The notes under the pieces were generated by a model. It was given only the letters and a program-made list of their open reading frames with translations. It was not told where the DNA came from and searched no databases. A DNA stretch of 57,531 nt, counting the filler, from Sphacelaria rigidula (Eukaryota), in the NCBI GenBank assembly GCA_964200075.2. It is 5 parts of 5 records of this genome, joined end to end, with 100 filler letters (N's around TTAATTAATTAA, not from the genome) between each part and the next. Parts side by side here need not be neighbours in the genome. Positions count along the whole stretch, not along the records: positions 23,059 to 34,484 come from CAXNAA020004932.1; positions 34,585 to 46,008 come from CAXNAA020004933.1; 3 more parts are not named here. One strand, given 5' to 3'. Below, piece after piece: positions 24,487 to 37,383 of the stretch (the stretch's first letter is position 1; each line of letters starts with the position of its first letter). A program made the position numbers and the translations under genes.

Positions 24487-27400
24487 CGGCGGTATTGAGC
24501 GATCGAAAACCCAGTGGCGGCGGCTGTTTCTCGTAGAGATCCTCAAGTTCTCCGCGGGCACGCCCACACAGGGCACGCTTTCCCCTTCGCTTGTCTCGCA
24601 GCAGTTTTCCAGTTGCCACGGCAACAAGAGCGGAGAGTATCTGCAGGCTCTCGTCGCCTCGGAGGACATGGAACACCTGCACAATCGCATCACCATACAC
24701 GTGAAACTTGGACAATAGGTACGTGTCTCGCAGTAAGTCATACCGTAAGAACGCCGGATATCCCGCACAAGTGGATGAATATTACACATCCTGGACAATG
24801 TAATCCCTTGTCCAGGGTGTGAGATAGAAATACGGCTTGCAGGATTTGGGGGGGGAAAGTGAATATGCGTCCAATGCTTTTAGGTTTTTATCAATGGAAA
24901 AACTTGAGACGTCGTTATATATAATGTATCTTCCCAAGTCATCAATATGACGTTTTAGCATACATTCACTGTTTTTCATCTTGTCGTCTTACGATGGCTA
25001 CATTGAGCTAAACGCAGTTCCCTCTACCTCTACCTCAAACAAGATTCGCATATCCGGTCTTCCTGGGCGGTACACGCGCGGCTCTCATACTCCCCCTCCT
25101 CGCACTCCGTACACGCCTCACAGGTTCGATCAGAGCCTGCTTCGCACGCTTCGACCTCCCGGGTTCCGAAGGGGCAGGGTGTGCAACCTGTTCCGTACGC
25201 CGTTCCTTCTTTAGACAAACGCCAACGGTACGGTCTCCGTTTTTTTCGAGGGGAAACAATTTGAAAACAAAATAAAAAAACTTGGTCTGTATGAGATCGT
25301 TTTTTCCGGGGGGGGGGATTTGAAAGACAAAAAAACTTCGTCGGTGTGATATCTTGACAATCTAGGCTGTCGTACGATTAAGTTTCTTCAGTATGCCCAG
25401 ATTTTCCAACACCAACGCTGGGCATTTCTGCAAAGGGCTACACGTATTGTTGGACAGGCAAAATTTATCAATGAGTTCCAGCGCGGGAACACTCGAGCAA
25501 CTACGGCACAAACAGAGGGTTTTGAACCACGTCGCTTGATTCAACAGAGTACCGTAGCCTGAGTCACGCCCAGTTGAGAACGCCAAACCCCAGGAGACCA
25601 TGACATATCCGGCACCATGAATATGCTTCTCGATCAAAGAGGCACAGTAGCACTCACGATGGCAATCGAGGTCCGTCTCCGCGGTACAAGGAGATAGAGC
25701 AAACGTGTCCCCTCCCAGGCACGCCTCCGCACAAGATGTGCATGTCGCGTCATACAGATCCGTACAAGGCTCCGATCGGAATGTGCCATTGCCGCATGGT
25801 TGGCAATCTGTTCGCCGGATTTGGTGCACGACGGAAACGGGGAGACAATATAATGCATGCCCGATAGCGATAGTGTTATTTGATTACATACGAGTGGGCA
25901 ATACACTTACACAGTTTCAATATTTTCGAACTTGAGCCGCCATCGCATGCTTTTAAACACATCATTTCGGCAAGACCATTACCGGTGCTCCGATGTGGAC
26001 AATTCAATAGAAAAAGGCGAGAACTTCATGAAGTAAGTGCTGTACGAGCTATGGGGATTTTGGTGCCTTGACAGTCAGTCTGCGTGACGGCATTCGCCGC
26101 CAGTGGTGTGCATGTTTCATCGATCCACGCCGTAGATCCATAATCATGTATTTATATTACACAATTGGATGGTGCTTGTTTTTTCTCCGATCCATAGCAA
26201 ACTGCACCGCGCATGTACCCTTACATGAAACCTACTACTGGTACCAGTATCGCGTATTCAATTGCTCGAAAATAAAATAGTAGATCGGCCGGGTGGTTAG
26301 CCCCTTGACTGCAAAACAGGTCATTTGCGTCACAATAATGTGCCACTGGGGGTCTTCCACTACTTGAACGTATATTTTATTCGTGCAACAAGAGTCTGTC
26401 GGGAGAAGATTTTCGGACACCGAGGGCCTACCCCCCCTCCCGGGGGGCCATTGTCATGACTTTTTATTTGTATTGTTGACGTTGTTGAAGGAATCGATCG
26501 AGAAACACTGACATAAACCGAAGAGCCTGGCGGGTTTCGCGAGGTTCATATATTTGCTTCTGTTTATTGCCCGCTCTGTCCCGATGACCTCGGATGCCAA
26601 CCACGCTCACACACATGCATGCACACAAGCGCACGGTAGCAACAGCCTGCAGCCAAAGCAGTAGCATTATCTCACGCCTCGCCAAACTTGCCCGGGCTAC
26701 TAATAGGTACTCGAGGCACACGACACGTAACATGATTCAATAAATGTAATCATGGTAGCTGATAAGCTGTGGGGGGCGGCGTGTCCGGCATCTCATCCGC
26801 TTCCATGCCAAGGATCTCTGTACACGGTAGCTGACCGCATCCGCCAACGCCTCGAAAATAAACCATGGGACAGTAGGCAGGATGCCCCCCCCTTTCAAAA
26901 ACTCGGATTTTTTATCTTGGGGTCTACGTGCCCAGGAATCATTTTTGACAGGCCCTCGCGTGCAAGTATGGTAGTTGTTGTCAATTCGGGACACTGCTCA
27001 ATACCCGCGCGCCAGACTCTTCCACTAACACTATATTCGTGAGATGCAGAGTGTAGTTTCAGATTCAGAGTCAGGATTTCAAACGGAAGAACTGTTTTGT
27101 TTATGGTCGATTCGTATGCGAAACAGTTCGCGTCACTAATCCTCCAACATTGGAGGCTGTGGAAAACGGATTTCAAACGGAAGAACTGTTTTCTTAGTGG
27201 TCGATTCTTATGGAAAACAGCTCGCGTCATTAATCAACCAATCCGAGTAATTAACGTGCGTGTTTTCACAGCCTCCAATGTTGGTGCATTAGTGACGCGA
27301 AGTGTTTCGCATATGAATCGACCACAAACAAAACAGTTCTTCCGTTTGAAATCCTGACTCTGAATCTGAAACTAAACTCTGAATCTCACGAATATAGTGT

Positions 27401-30400
27401 TTCATTGTGACCAGTAGTGTTAGAGAGCATGCTTCAGTATTGGCTGGACTAGAGGACAACGCTGGTCACACACAAACATATCGATTGTCGCGGTGTCAGC
27501 TATTTCTACGAAACTTCACAATTGTGGCACAAAGACCAACTTTGATTTACCATGTCGAAGTTCTTCGAACAGCTACTCTTCACCGTCATTTACTGAACAA
27601 TTGATAAATGCGTACGACATTTACCCGGAAAAGATTCGGGCATTTTTTGCACCGCGACCAAAGCGTTTTGCGAGCTGGATAGATCCGTCACCATCGCGGA
27701 TGTCGCGTTGACCTGTAACGTGTGTCCAGCGTGCCACCCTTGCTGCTGTATTTCACTTTCGGATGGGAAAACACCCAAATCCACCAGCATATCCCAATCA
27801 CTTGCGTAGCCCCCAGCGTAGTAAAACGCACTGGTGTTGTTTTCCGCGGATGTGGACGACAAAGCTGCCGAACTCGACGGTGAAGAAGATATGGTGGTGA
27901 GGGTGGTGGTGCTTGCGGTTGTCCCCGTCGAATTCGTCGAAGATGAGCCTCCGCTTGTGCTACTACTTGTCGTTAATGCTGGTTCCGACACATTTACCAT
28001 ACTACTGGCATTATATTGAGTTTCCTTGCACGGCTCATCCAATCGTATCAACACTTCGCGGTAGCTCCCGTCGCGCCCTCGCTCCGCTGCAGAACACCCC
28101 ATCGAAACGTTTTGAATGCTTTCTGACTCCAGGTGAGACGTCTCGTTGGGGGAAATGTATATTTGGGATGGGTCCAGGGCGGAGACATCGACGCCCTCTG
28201 AGAAGTAGAGGACAATTTCCCTGCGCGACAAGCTGAGCGTGAACTTGTCCAACGATGGACTGACGGCGAGGTCGGTGGGCGCCAAAGGGCAAGATCAAGT
28301 GACAGTCGGCAGCGATCACGCGCGAGACGTAACCTCGCAGTTCAGACACTTTATTTTTTGCAAGCGGAAGATCTTCGGATCGCGAGATCATCTGCGAGTA
28401 CAGAATGCGGGTGAATGTCCTACGGCATGCCTACGGGTAGCTGCAGAGCCTGGCGCAGGTGGCGGTGAAGCCGACGTAGTAGACATACTGTGCAGCTTGA
28501 GGGCAAGAAGCTTGAGCACAACGAACTATGCGACTCCGGAGTCTAGATAGAATGATATTTGCGGGGGACTCCTTCACATGGCCCTGACAATTCTGTGATA
28601 ACGGCTGCTATACTTGTTCCCCAGCATTCCTCCTTGCACTCCCTGGCATCCGCGATATTCTACTCAAGATATGCAAGGACGGTTTTGCAGCTATTCCCTC
28701 ACCTCACATGACACACCATGTTACCAATCGCTGAAATATTAAGCTGCAGGGCGCTTTTTCTCGGCATGTGTGCTGTGCATGGGGTGTGAAACTCCCCCAA
28801 AACGGTTTGCTGGCATGATCTCTCGGATATTTCGCCTGTCTTCTGGAGGCATGATTACCAACTGTAGCTGGGATATTGTGTTGAAATTTCCTCTTCATTT
28901 TCAACGGAAACAAAAGTTGAAAACTAGAAGAAATGAATGACGATTTGTTCTTGAAAAGGCAGGATGCAAGAATACGAACGCGTGGAGGCAGAACCCGATG
29001 AGGTCAGCATGGCCAGCTATGCACACACACCTCACATTCGTGTTGTATATGCGTGGGTATATTCAAGTCGGTAGCTTCACTCGACGTGAAAATAAGCGGC
29101 GGAGTTCAGGGTTGGGTCGTCTTTCGGACCTACCTAGAGCTATCCTGAACCAGGTCGCTGACACTCATGCCTTGATGCCCGACAACTTGCGTCCCGTAAA
29201 TCGGCTCAGACGTTTCCCCCCCATCGAGCGCCGTAAAGCTTCCTCCTCTTAATGATATCCAAGTAAAACTAGAATTGTCTCCCACATTCGACGCCTTGAC
29301 AAGGTCAAGATCTGTAGGGTGGATGTTGACGGCCAGCGTAAGAGCCGCGTTTGAAGATATCGAGCTGCCCCATCCCGGCTCGCCCTCTGTGTTCCAGAGG
29401 GTGACTTTAATGCCCTCTATACCACTCACATGCGTCCCTAGCGTCACGCCTGGGTATATAGTAGTGAGAAGTGGAAAATGGAACTGTTCAGTTCACGTCT
29501 GATGGAATCACACGTGTTAGTCTTGAGATGGTTGAGGCGTGACGATTGAAGGTCTACACAGAGATAACCATGACATACGGTTGGGGTGAATTTTGCTCTC
29601 TGTAACACTCACGTGCGTCCCAAGAGACGCGTCTGGGCATGCAGTAGTGAGAAGTGGGGAATGAAATTTCAGTTCACGTCTGATACATTCACAAGTACCA
29701 GTCTTGAAGTAGTTGAGGTGTGACGATTGAAAGGTCTGAACAGGGGTGACTACAACATGCAGTGGAGGTGAATTTTTCGAAAGCCGGATTCTACCCCAAA
29801 ACACGCTCTGCCTACCCTCAAAATAACTGTGACCGATGACTTTTTCGTCGACCTACTGCCCCTCGATCGCATGAATATTTGTTTGCTGATGGCTTTCACA
29901 GACTCCACGCTCACAACGCTGAGTGAAAAGAAATTTTGATGCTAAAGTCATCACCCTCAAAACCGAGGCGGAATGACACTATTGTTGGGCGCTCACCTGT
30001 CCAGTCTGTATCGGTCGTGGAGTTCGATACGGCGGCATCAAAGGTTAACGATAAAGCGCCACCTTCAAGATCAAGATCAAAACGTTGCAAAGCTGGGCCT
30101 GCAATTGTCCAACACGGATTCAGGCAATTCAGGCAATTGCACAGAGAAAAATATAAGGATAATACCGAATAAGCACATATCACACCACCAACATTTCGTA
30201 AGTCCTTCCTCAGGGCACCTCATGCTTTACCCTCCCTTCACCTGAAGCTAGCTTTCCCTCCGCGAACTAGGACCCTATAGTACAACTCTCTGGTTTTGAG
30301 GGCAGCCCCACAATCCTGCTGTACTCGGGGCGCGGGGTTGGCGAAACTGCTTCATCAACCGTGCTTTCTACACGGTAGAGGCGCTGGGCACTTTGAATAT

Positions 30401-30703
30401 TTACGGAGGAGAAATACGGTCCACTCAGGTCATGTGCTGAGTATTCACACGCGCCAAACGCTGACCTGCGCCTGACATTGGCATTTACGCTTGACAAACC
30501 GAGATTAAGATCGCGTTCCCAAAATAAGAAAGTGTTCCGTCATGATCCAGCGATCACCCGGAAATCATCTGATATAGATACCATTGTTGTACTGGAACGC
30601 TAGTAGCCTAGACAACGCAGGAGGTGTCGATACCTTGCCCAGTACGAAGGCCCATTCGACAAGCTTGGGCGCAGACATTACCGTGAGTGGTAGTTTAGGG
30701 TCG
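24487..30703 (-). CDS. Putative secreted/cell-surface protein with TNFR/NGFR-like Cys-rich repeats; exons 30634-30703, 29997-30098, 29134-29449, 27625-28259, 25658-25807, 25034-25187, 24487-24676
   Basis: The last six exons are phase-compatible GT-AG. They encode DCQPCGNGTF...CTDLYDATCTSC and CTECEEGEYESRACTAQEDRICESC, recurring PxLxxFxLxL strands and a Ser/Thr-rich linker. One small exon between 30634 and 30098 is unresolved. Confidence 0.8.
26420..27000. repeat. Interspersed repeat (inverted copy at ~43690-44450)
   Basis: ccatgccaaggatctctgtacacggtagctgaccgcatccgcca is near-identical in both copies. Confidence 0.85.
27029..27399. mobile_element. MITE/foldback element with ~140-bp TIRs and CACTA...TAGTG termini
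   Basis: cactatattcgtgaga...gtcaggatttcaaacggaagaactgttttgttt has its reverse complement at the right end; no clean 3-bp TSD. Confidence 0.85.
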
Positions 30704-33539
30704 CTGAAGAGAGATAAGAAGGGGGCAAAGAAACATGATGAGTAATTTGTGCGTTCATCTAGAAACGTGTGTGCTTTTCGCTAGACATGAAGGCTTCGCC
30801 ATGATTTACTGCCGAGAATGACTCTGCGGCAATAACCATTCATCTCAAGAGGCTGAGCATTGTTTACTGTGCACTTTTTCCACCGAAACGTTGGGGTTGG
30901 AAGAATAAAGGTAGGCGAGCCACTTTCTCTCTACCAAATAGTGGATTATACTCACAGTTTATCTTGCCGTCTCAGACGGTATCTGGGTGGTATAAATTTC
31001 ACTTTAAGAAAAATCTCAAGAACGGTAGAGATCGGGAATACCGTCGAGTTGTTGAGGAAAAAACAGGCGAGTTTCCTGCTGGAAGTTATTTGTTCCCGCC
31101 TTTGTCTCTGACTCATCCTACGATAGGGGGGGGGGGGGGGGTTGTTTCTCGCGCGAAAATTCCGCTTCAAATCGTCGTTGAAAGCAGCGACTTTTGTTCG
31201 AACGCGCCTGGTACCAAAAAGACAATTCACTACTTTTGCTTGACACCGTTTTCACCGAAAACACAAGCACACCGCGAGTATGCTAGGTGGTCCAGCACAC
31301 CTATGAGCTCCTGCTTTTCGTCCGATTATATATCCACTCCCCTATCGTAGGATCACTCCTCTCACCAAACACCATGCTCCCATCGAACAAGCTACAAGGG
31401 TGTAAAATGCGATGGAGCTAAGCAGGGTGCGCATGAATCGTCGAACACGCCCATGAATCCCTCTGCTTCGCCCAATCGACATCCCCCCACATTACCCCCT
31501 ACGTCGTTGGATCATTTTATAGCATGTAGAGATGAAAAATTCTCATTTTTGCAACGCCGTCAGTCTAGTTTTGATTGCCATGTGTGCATCCCAAAGCAGT
31601 ATCCTCCGACCGTATCGTTTGCGCTTGCGATAAGCCGCGCAATATCGAAAAAGCGGCGAATTGTGCTTGAAGAGGTCCTCACTCAACTTGCCTACTTTGG
31701 CGTCGGCTGCCCGCTGGGTGCTAGAACTTGGGCACGTGTACCTGCTGAAGCCACGTTCATAACAGCTGCCAGCAGGAAAAGTCGAAGAACTGCAGATATC
31801 TTCTCGGAATACCACGGTTCTGCCGGTAGCCATGTCGGAAACCCATTCATGTTTCGTCGGCGCAGACCTGTCGGACGACGACGACGGTAGCGTTGGTACT
31901 CCTCTTCCCCCGACCTGTGGCGCATCTCACATCCACTAGCACTCCAGCACTACTTCATGGCAGCAAAGCCACTGGGAAGGGCACACCTTCATTCGTGTGT
32001 TGAATGCAAACCAAAACTGATTAGGAAATGTGCGGTGAAATATGTGATACGCCGAGATGAAGAGGATGAAGTATCCAAGACAGATGCGGGGCGATGCCTG
32101 CCGCTTCGTGTATGCAGCGCAAACTGGGAGGGCCGTGATATCCACAGTTAGTTTTCGTCTTGCACTTCTTGTAGTCTGAGACACGAGAATAAAAGATGTT
32201 TAACAAGGTTTCGTGAGACTGAAAGTCAAACTTACGATTGAGAGTCAATAGACTGTCGTTTTCGTGTGTTCCATGAGTGGACGAAATAATGAGTGATGAT
32301 GGGAGTTTGTGGGTGATAACAGTATCGTCTGTGAAAATTATAGATACGAAGGCTTGCAGAATTGAACGATACACGTCGACCTTCTACTGTTGTGTGACAC
32401 ACGACGATGTACGGGTCAAGATTATGCCCATTAATCATTTTCAGGTCGAGTGCATGCGACTTTAACCTCAAAGACGGGCTATTTGTCACACAGCACCCCG
32501 AACAACCAGTCACTGGAGCTCTTCTTTTGGGGACAATATTATGCGGTACGAGTACTGGGTCTAGCTTTGTATCTGGGTAAAACACCGGGGAATCGCGGAA
32601 CACGCCACGCCCCAAGATCGCTAGTTGAGCGGATGGGGATAGTTTCCATGAACAACCCGTCCACAGTAATAGCAACTTCGACGGACGTCACTGTGTTGAA
32701 CACAAACGGCATACTACATACGATGAGCACGAACAAAGGCGTCGACCCTCTCGTCTTTCACCCCCCAAAATTACACGAAGCTCCGAGTAGTGTTGAACAA
32801 GTAAGCGGGGGATCTGATCGCCATGAGCATCTGTACACAGCTTGGTGTGGTTTGTATTCGTCTTTTACATGCATTGTGTCTGTAGCAGCAGTTTACCTGT
32901 TTTGCTGTTCTGTGGCCCTTGTGTTTCACACCACTTTGGTCATCTCCTTCTGCTCTATTCTCTCTTCCGTTCGTTCCCCATCTCTCTCTCTACTACTATG
33001 TGATATTATGTGTCATTCCCTGCCGGTGTATGCAAGAGCACTTTGCTGGTGCCTCGTTTCAGTATAGGGTGCATGGATGAGAGGTTAATACCCAAAATAG
33101 AGTGGTAGTGGATGAGCTGCAGTCTGTTCCCACGGCTTTTTCCCCCCATGACTGGATACGTATAACGGCGTTTTCGCGAGATTGAGAGTAGAGCGCTGAT
33201 TGAGAGTGGCTTTGGTCATTCGCTTTAACTTGGCCATTTTTTTCATCCCGCGTGTGATTTTCCTTGCCTCCATCACTGGCGTGTGCTCACAGCTACACGT
33301 CGATAATATCCTACTCAGGGATATCAAGGGCCTCAGTGACAAGCTACAACAGAACGCATATCAGGTCTCGTGGAGGGGCGTTTCGGAACTGAAACGCTTC
33401 ATTAATAAAATAAATGGCCAATTTTCACTCAATCGTATCCTCTACTCTCAATATCACGAAAATGTTGTTGTATGTGGTTTCTCTGTGGTAGTGAGACCTT
33501 TTCCACCGGACGGAGCCATGTGGCAAAGACCGGCCATTA

Positions 33540-33765
33540 AATGTCTAGTTCTCTATTTTTTCTCTTCTTCTGCCTTCGGGTTCATTTTCTCTTCTTTATG
33601 CGGTATTAGTCAACTAACTCCGTGTGTGTCTCTCTGTTCGACCTTTCTGTTCCCTTCATTTGTCATCTGCGAATGATTCAGTTCTGTTTTTCTCGGGTAC
33701 GTCTATCGTGTGATCACGGCTGGATCCCTGGGGGATTCATGGCGACAATCAAATAAAATAAAATC
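33540..33765 (+). mobile_element. LINE/SINE 3' end remnant
   Basis: ctcgggtacgtctatcgtgtgatcacggctggatccc...gcgacaatcaaa. Confidence 0.7.
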
Positions 33766-35428
33766 GAATCATGCAGATACACAATTTCGCACCCTTTTCT
33801 GCTGGTGTCACCCCGAAGCCCCCTCTGCCTCGGGGCGATTCTGTGATATGGATCGATCCATCTCTGCCCTTGCGTGGTATTGTGTATCGAGAACTACATC
33901 GGAACTACTATCGCGCAGGTCATGGACTTTCGTAGAATCGCCGACGTTCCTCCCACCTGTGTTCACTATTAACGCACTCTCGGACAAGTGGTGGCTAGAA
34001 TATCCACAAAGTTGCGGGCACTAGCGAAAGAGCCCGGACGTTCCGCCTGCTTGGCAACATGTATCACGATCCTCCCTGCCTTTGATCTCCAATTGGTGTG
34101 ACGTGCCGACGACCATGCTCGAAGAATATCCACCAGGACGGCCGATCGAGGTGAGTGAAAAAGTACGGGAAGGAAAGTACGGCGAAGAGTCACGCTACGG
34201 TAGGCGGACATTTGGGCTCAAAACTTTTTTCTCATTCAGGGGTTCCCAAAGTTCGGAGCTACACCAGAATATGGATCAGGTAATTCCCAACAATTTGGAC
34301 CTCTGAAGATAACCGTGCACCCCTGAGAGGTGCTACGTACGGTAGGGGTGGGGTGCACAAATATTTTTTGAGGTTAGAATTGTTAGGAGCCCTTTTTATC
34401 TCATCCAAAACACGACTTAACAACAAATTGTGCGAATTGAGGTTTAACTTCGAGATGAGGCTCAAGCCTAAAACAGTGCTTCCCNNNNNNNNNNNNNNNN
34501 NNNNNNNNNNNNNNNNNNNNNNNNNNNNTTAATTAATTAANNNNNNNNNNNNNNNNNNNNNNNNNNNNNNNNNNNNNNNNNNNNGGATGTCTGACACACT
34601 TATGAGCCTCGTTTTTCGTGCAACCAAATACCACCCCCCCCTATCGTAGGATGACTCTGGGCGCGTGACTATGCATGCCTTCCATCGTGAGTATGTTACT
34701 ATCACTATAACTATTTCCCCTCAGAGTGCATGCCGGATGACTCCCGGGTACACAATAGTTACTCTTTGATTCGTGCGAGATGATAGATTCGATGACAAAG
34801 TCATGGAGATTGTCCCCCTTCGGTGCGTGTGAGATGAATGTAAGGATGAATATGACACCCTTCGAAAAACGCCACTGAATAGATACATGTAAGTCACTAT
34901 TTGCTTCATGCGGGGTGTAGAAGGAGTATGTATTTTCAATCAGTCATCACGCGTACATGAACCATAACCCGTATATGCTTTCCAATTCTCGGTCGCATTA
35001 CACAACGCAGTCGAGGAAAGATGTCCAGCTCGTTACTCGTGCATGACCTTGAGTATACAACTGCATACCTGCAAACCTCCGTGACTTTACGGATGACCCA
35101 AACGTTCACGACTTGTCCTCGAAGGTTCATCGGGAGTCAACTCGTATAAATATTGGTTTGTCCTAACCGTGCATAATTTCTGCTTTTCCTGAGTAGCTTG
35201 AATATCTAGGCTAAAATTGTTGACTTCTTGTAGACAGCATTCTTGCGTTCTTTTCATTTGCTGCATCTACCGTACATGCTACAGAAGGAAGCGTGAGAGA
35301 TCTTTGTTCGATCTCTGTTAGTCGCAAGTGGGAGTGCATAATGTTATCTTTTGCGCAAGTGTTTTTTGCATCAAAATATTCCTCCTGTGGGTTACTTTCC
35401 TTTCAGATGACTTTCCATTGAGGGGGAA

Positions 35429-35767
35429 TGTTGGAATATTCAATGTCAGTCATTGGTAACAACTACTATCTATCGTAGGTTATCGTAAACAAGTAAGAAA
35501 TCATTTGAGTGTTCCAGAAATAGTCTGCGGTATAGTCTGCGGTACATTATGTTTCCAGAACAAGTTGTCGGGGGATTGATCGGGAGTTATCGGCTGTAAT
35601 ATCCCGCGAGTGTTCTAGACGTGTGGAAGTTCTGGAAGTTCATTAGCTGATCCGTAGGCTCGCACACTTGGTGCTCGCCCACCTGATCACTCCTCTACTA
35701 CTTATCTTCCTATACTCTTATCTTCCATGAGTTAGAGTCTTCGGCCACATAAGCGCCAAGTTCAACA
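35429..35767 (+). mobile_element. Possible LTR (Copia-like) with upstream polypurine tract
   Basis: ttgagggggaa|TGTTG ... CAACA termini; very decayed, possibly RNase H-like sequence upstream. Confidence 0.45.
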
Positions 35768-36482
35768 TCTCCATTCTCAAGTCAAGTGACTTAACCACAC
35801 TCTCTGCACCTCTGCATAAACTGCAGAAGACAGTTGCCACATCGGCACACCATCAAGATTGAAGCCATATTCCTTCAGTTCGTTCGTGTTTTTCACGAAT
35901 AAACTTGGATGGTGTGCAGTGGATTGATCAGTGTTGAGTTTTTTTTCGATTAATGTATCAATAATAATAGTTCTCTGATGATTCAAGATGATTCAATCAA
36001 GCAAGTAGGAATGATTACGCCAAATACATAACGCAGATCCTCCGGCTACACCCCGTCAGCCACACTAGTGCGGCCGTTGCAGTGGTTGCTGCGGTCACAG
36101 ACGGGTGAAGGGTTTGTGGTTCGTCGCAACTGCCCCCCTCCCCCGCCTCAATCTCTTGCCCCAACTAATTATTGTCGCCGCGTTTTTGCGAAAAATCATT
36201 GGCTCTGCTTGTTCTGGTGTTATGGTGCCGAACGCAGGTCATATGAATCACTTGGGTTTGCTAGGATTCATGATCAGGTTGCATCAAGCAATGGATCAAG
36301 CGGTTTATGTTCGCTTACACAGCGTACTTCAAGCCCAACACCAAACCAAGACTTGCCGAGACCGCGACTGTTTTGTTTTTTGCTGCTTGTGCTTGGGTGT
36401 GCTCTGCAAGTGAAGTGACTCTTCTCCCCCGTTCAACCCATTCTAAAACCAAGTAACTTGTGGTTGAGCTTGGTTACATTGG

Positions 36483-36648
36483 GTATATAGGATTTAGTAT
36501 AGAACCGGAACCTGTCAGCCCGCTTGGTTGCATTTAGTATATAGGATTTAGTATAGAACCGGAACCTGCCAGCCCGCTTGGTTGCATTGAGTATATAGGA
36601 TTTAGTATAGAACCGGAACCTGCCAGCCCGGACACGGTCCCAACAGTG
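36483..36648. repeat. 54-bp tandem repeat x ~2.7 ending near CAGTG (possible CACTA-type subterminal array)
   Basis: gtatataggatttagtatagaaccggaacctg(t/c)cagcccg at 36483, 36537, 36591. Confidence 0.85.
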
Positions 36649-36720
36649 CTACCCCCCCCCCTACCCCCCCCAATTGGCCCCAAACGGAAAAAAGTGAGTG
36701 TGGGTCCAGGGATATTATTT

Positions 36721-37383
36721 TCACCCGCCCTTGGATGCACTATGAATAGTGTGTTGTTCAAGTCGGTGATACACCGAAGTATATTCCGCGGTCACTACTC
36801 CGTCATTTTTCCATCTAATTGGAGCTTTCACCCTGGCTCTACGCACTGCGAACTGCGGACGCACTCCATATTCAACAACCGCGCCAAACGTCGAAACTGG
36901 GCGAAAAATGATGAATGCAAATGCGCGCTCGCTTTTTCTTTCCTCCATACCAAACAAGGTATAAGTCGGTAGCAGGACCATTTTTTTCTTATTGTCGGCT
37001 ACACAACCAACTATACTCTCCAGACACCTAAACGCCAAAGCAATAGACTTCCAAAGCTTGTAGAAAACACTGGATATGATGAGAGCTGATTTCTTGTCGA
37101 CCAAACGTCTCCATTTCCCGTACTTGAACACGTAGGCTTGGAGGGATGGGTTGTATGGGAAGTCTAAGGGATCCGCTACCTTCGCGGGTAACTCTGCTTG
37201 CCCGCTCTCTCCACTCTTGGTAGAGGGCACTGGGGCGGCCACTGGTGCAGCAGCCGCCGCCGTAGCGGATACAGATACGGACGGTTCGGCAGAAACGTCG
37301 ACCGCAGACTTTGCGCTACCGCCCTTTACAAAGCCGAAAGTCTGAACGCGGCTCATATTGCAGATCGGTGTGGTTCGCAGCAA
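36721..37383 (-). pseudogene. Orphan intronless ORF between poly-C tracts, probably TE-derived
   Basis: 220-aa ORF with Ala/Pro/Ser linker, then PLDFPYNPSLQAYVFKYGKW..FRCLESIVGC; no family recognised. Confidence 0.35.

Noticed and set aside
30267-30497. ORF as an exon of the TNFR-like gene
   Set aside because: Frame and splice phases do not fit the neighbouring exons; only a speculative 25-bp microexon would.
32450-33676. 205-aa and 158-aa ORFs
   Set aside because: No motifs or convincing splice structure; they run into a pyrimidine-rich LINE UTR.
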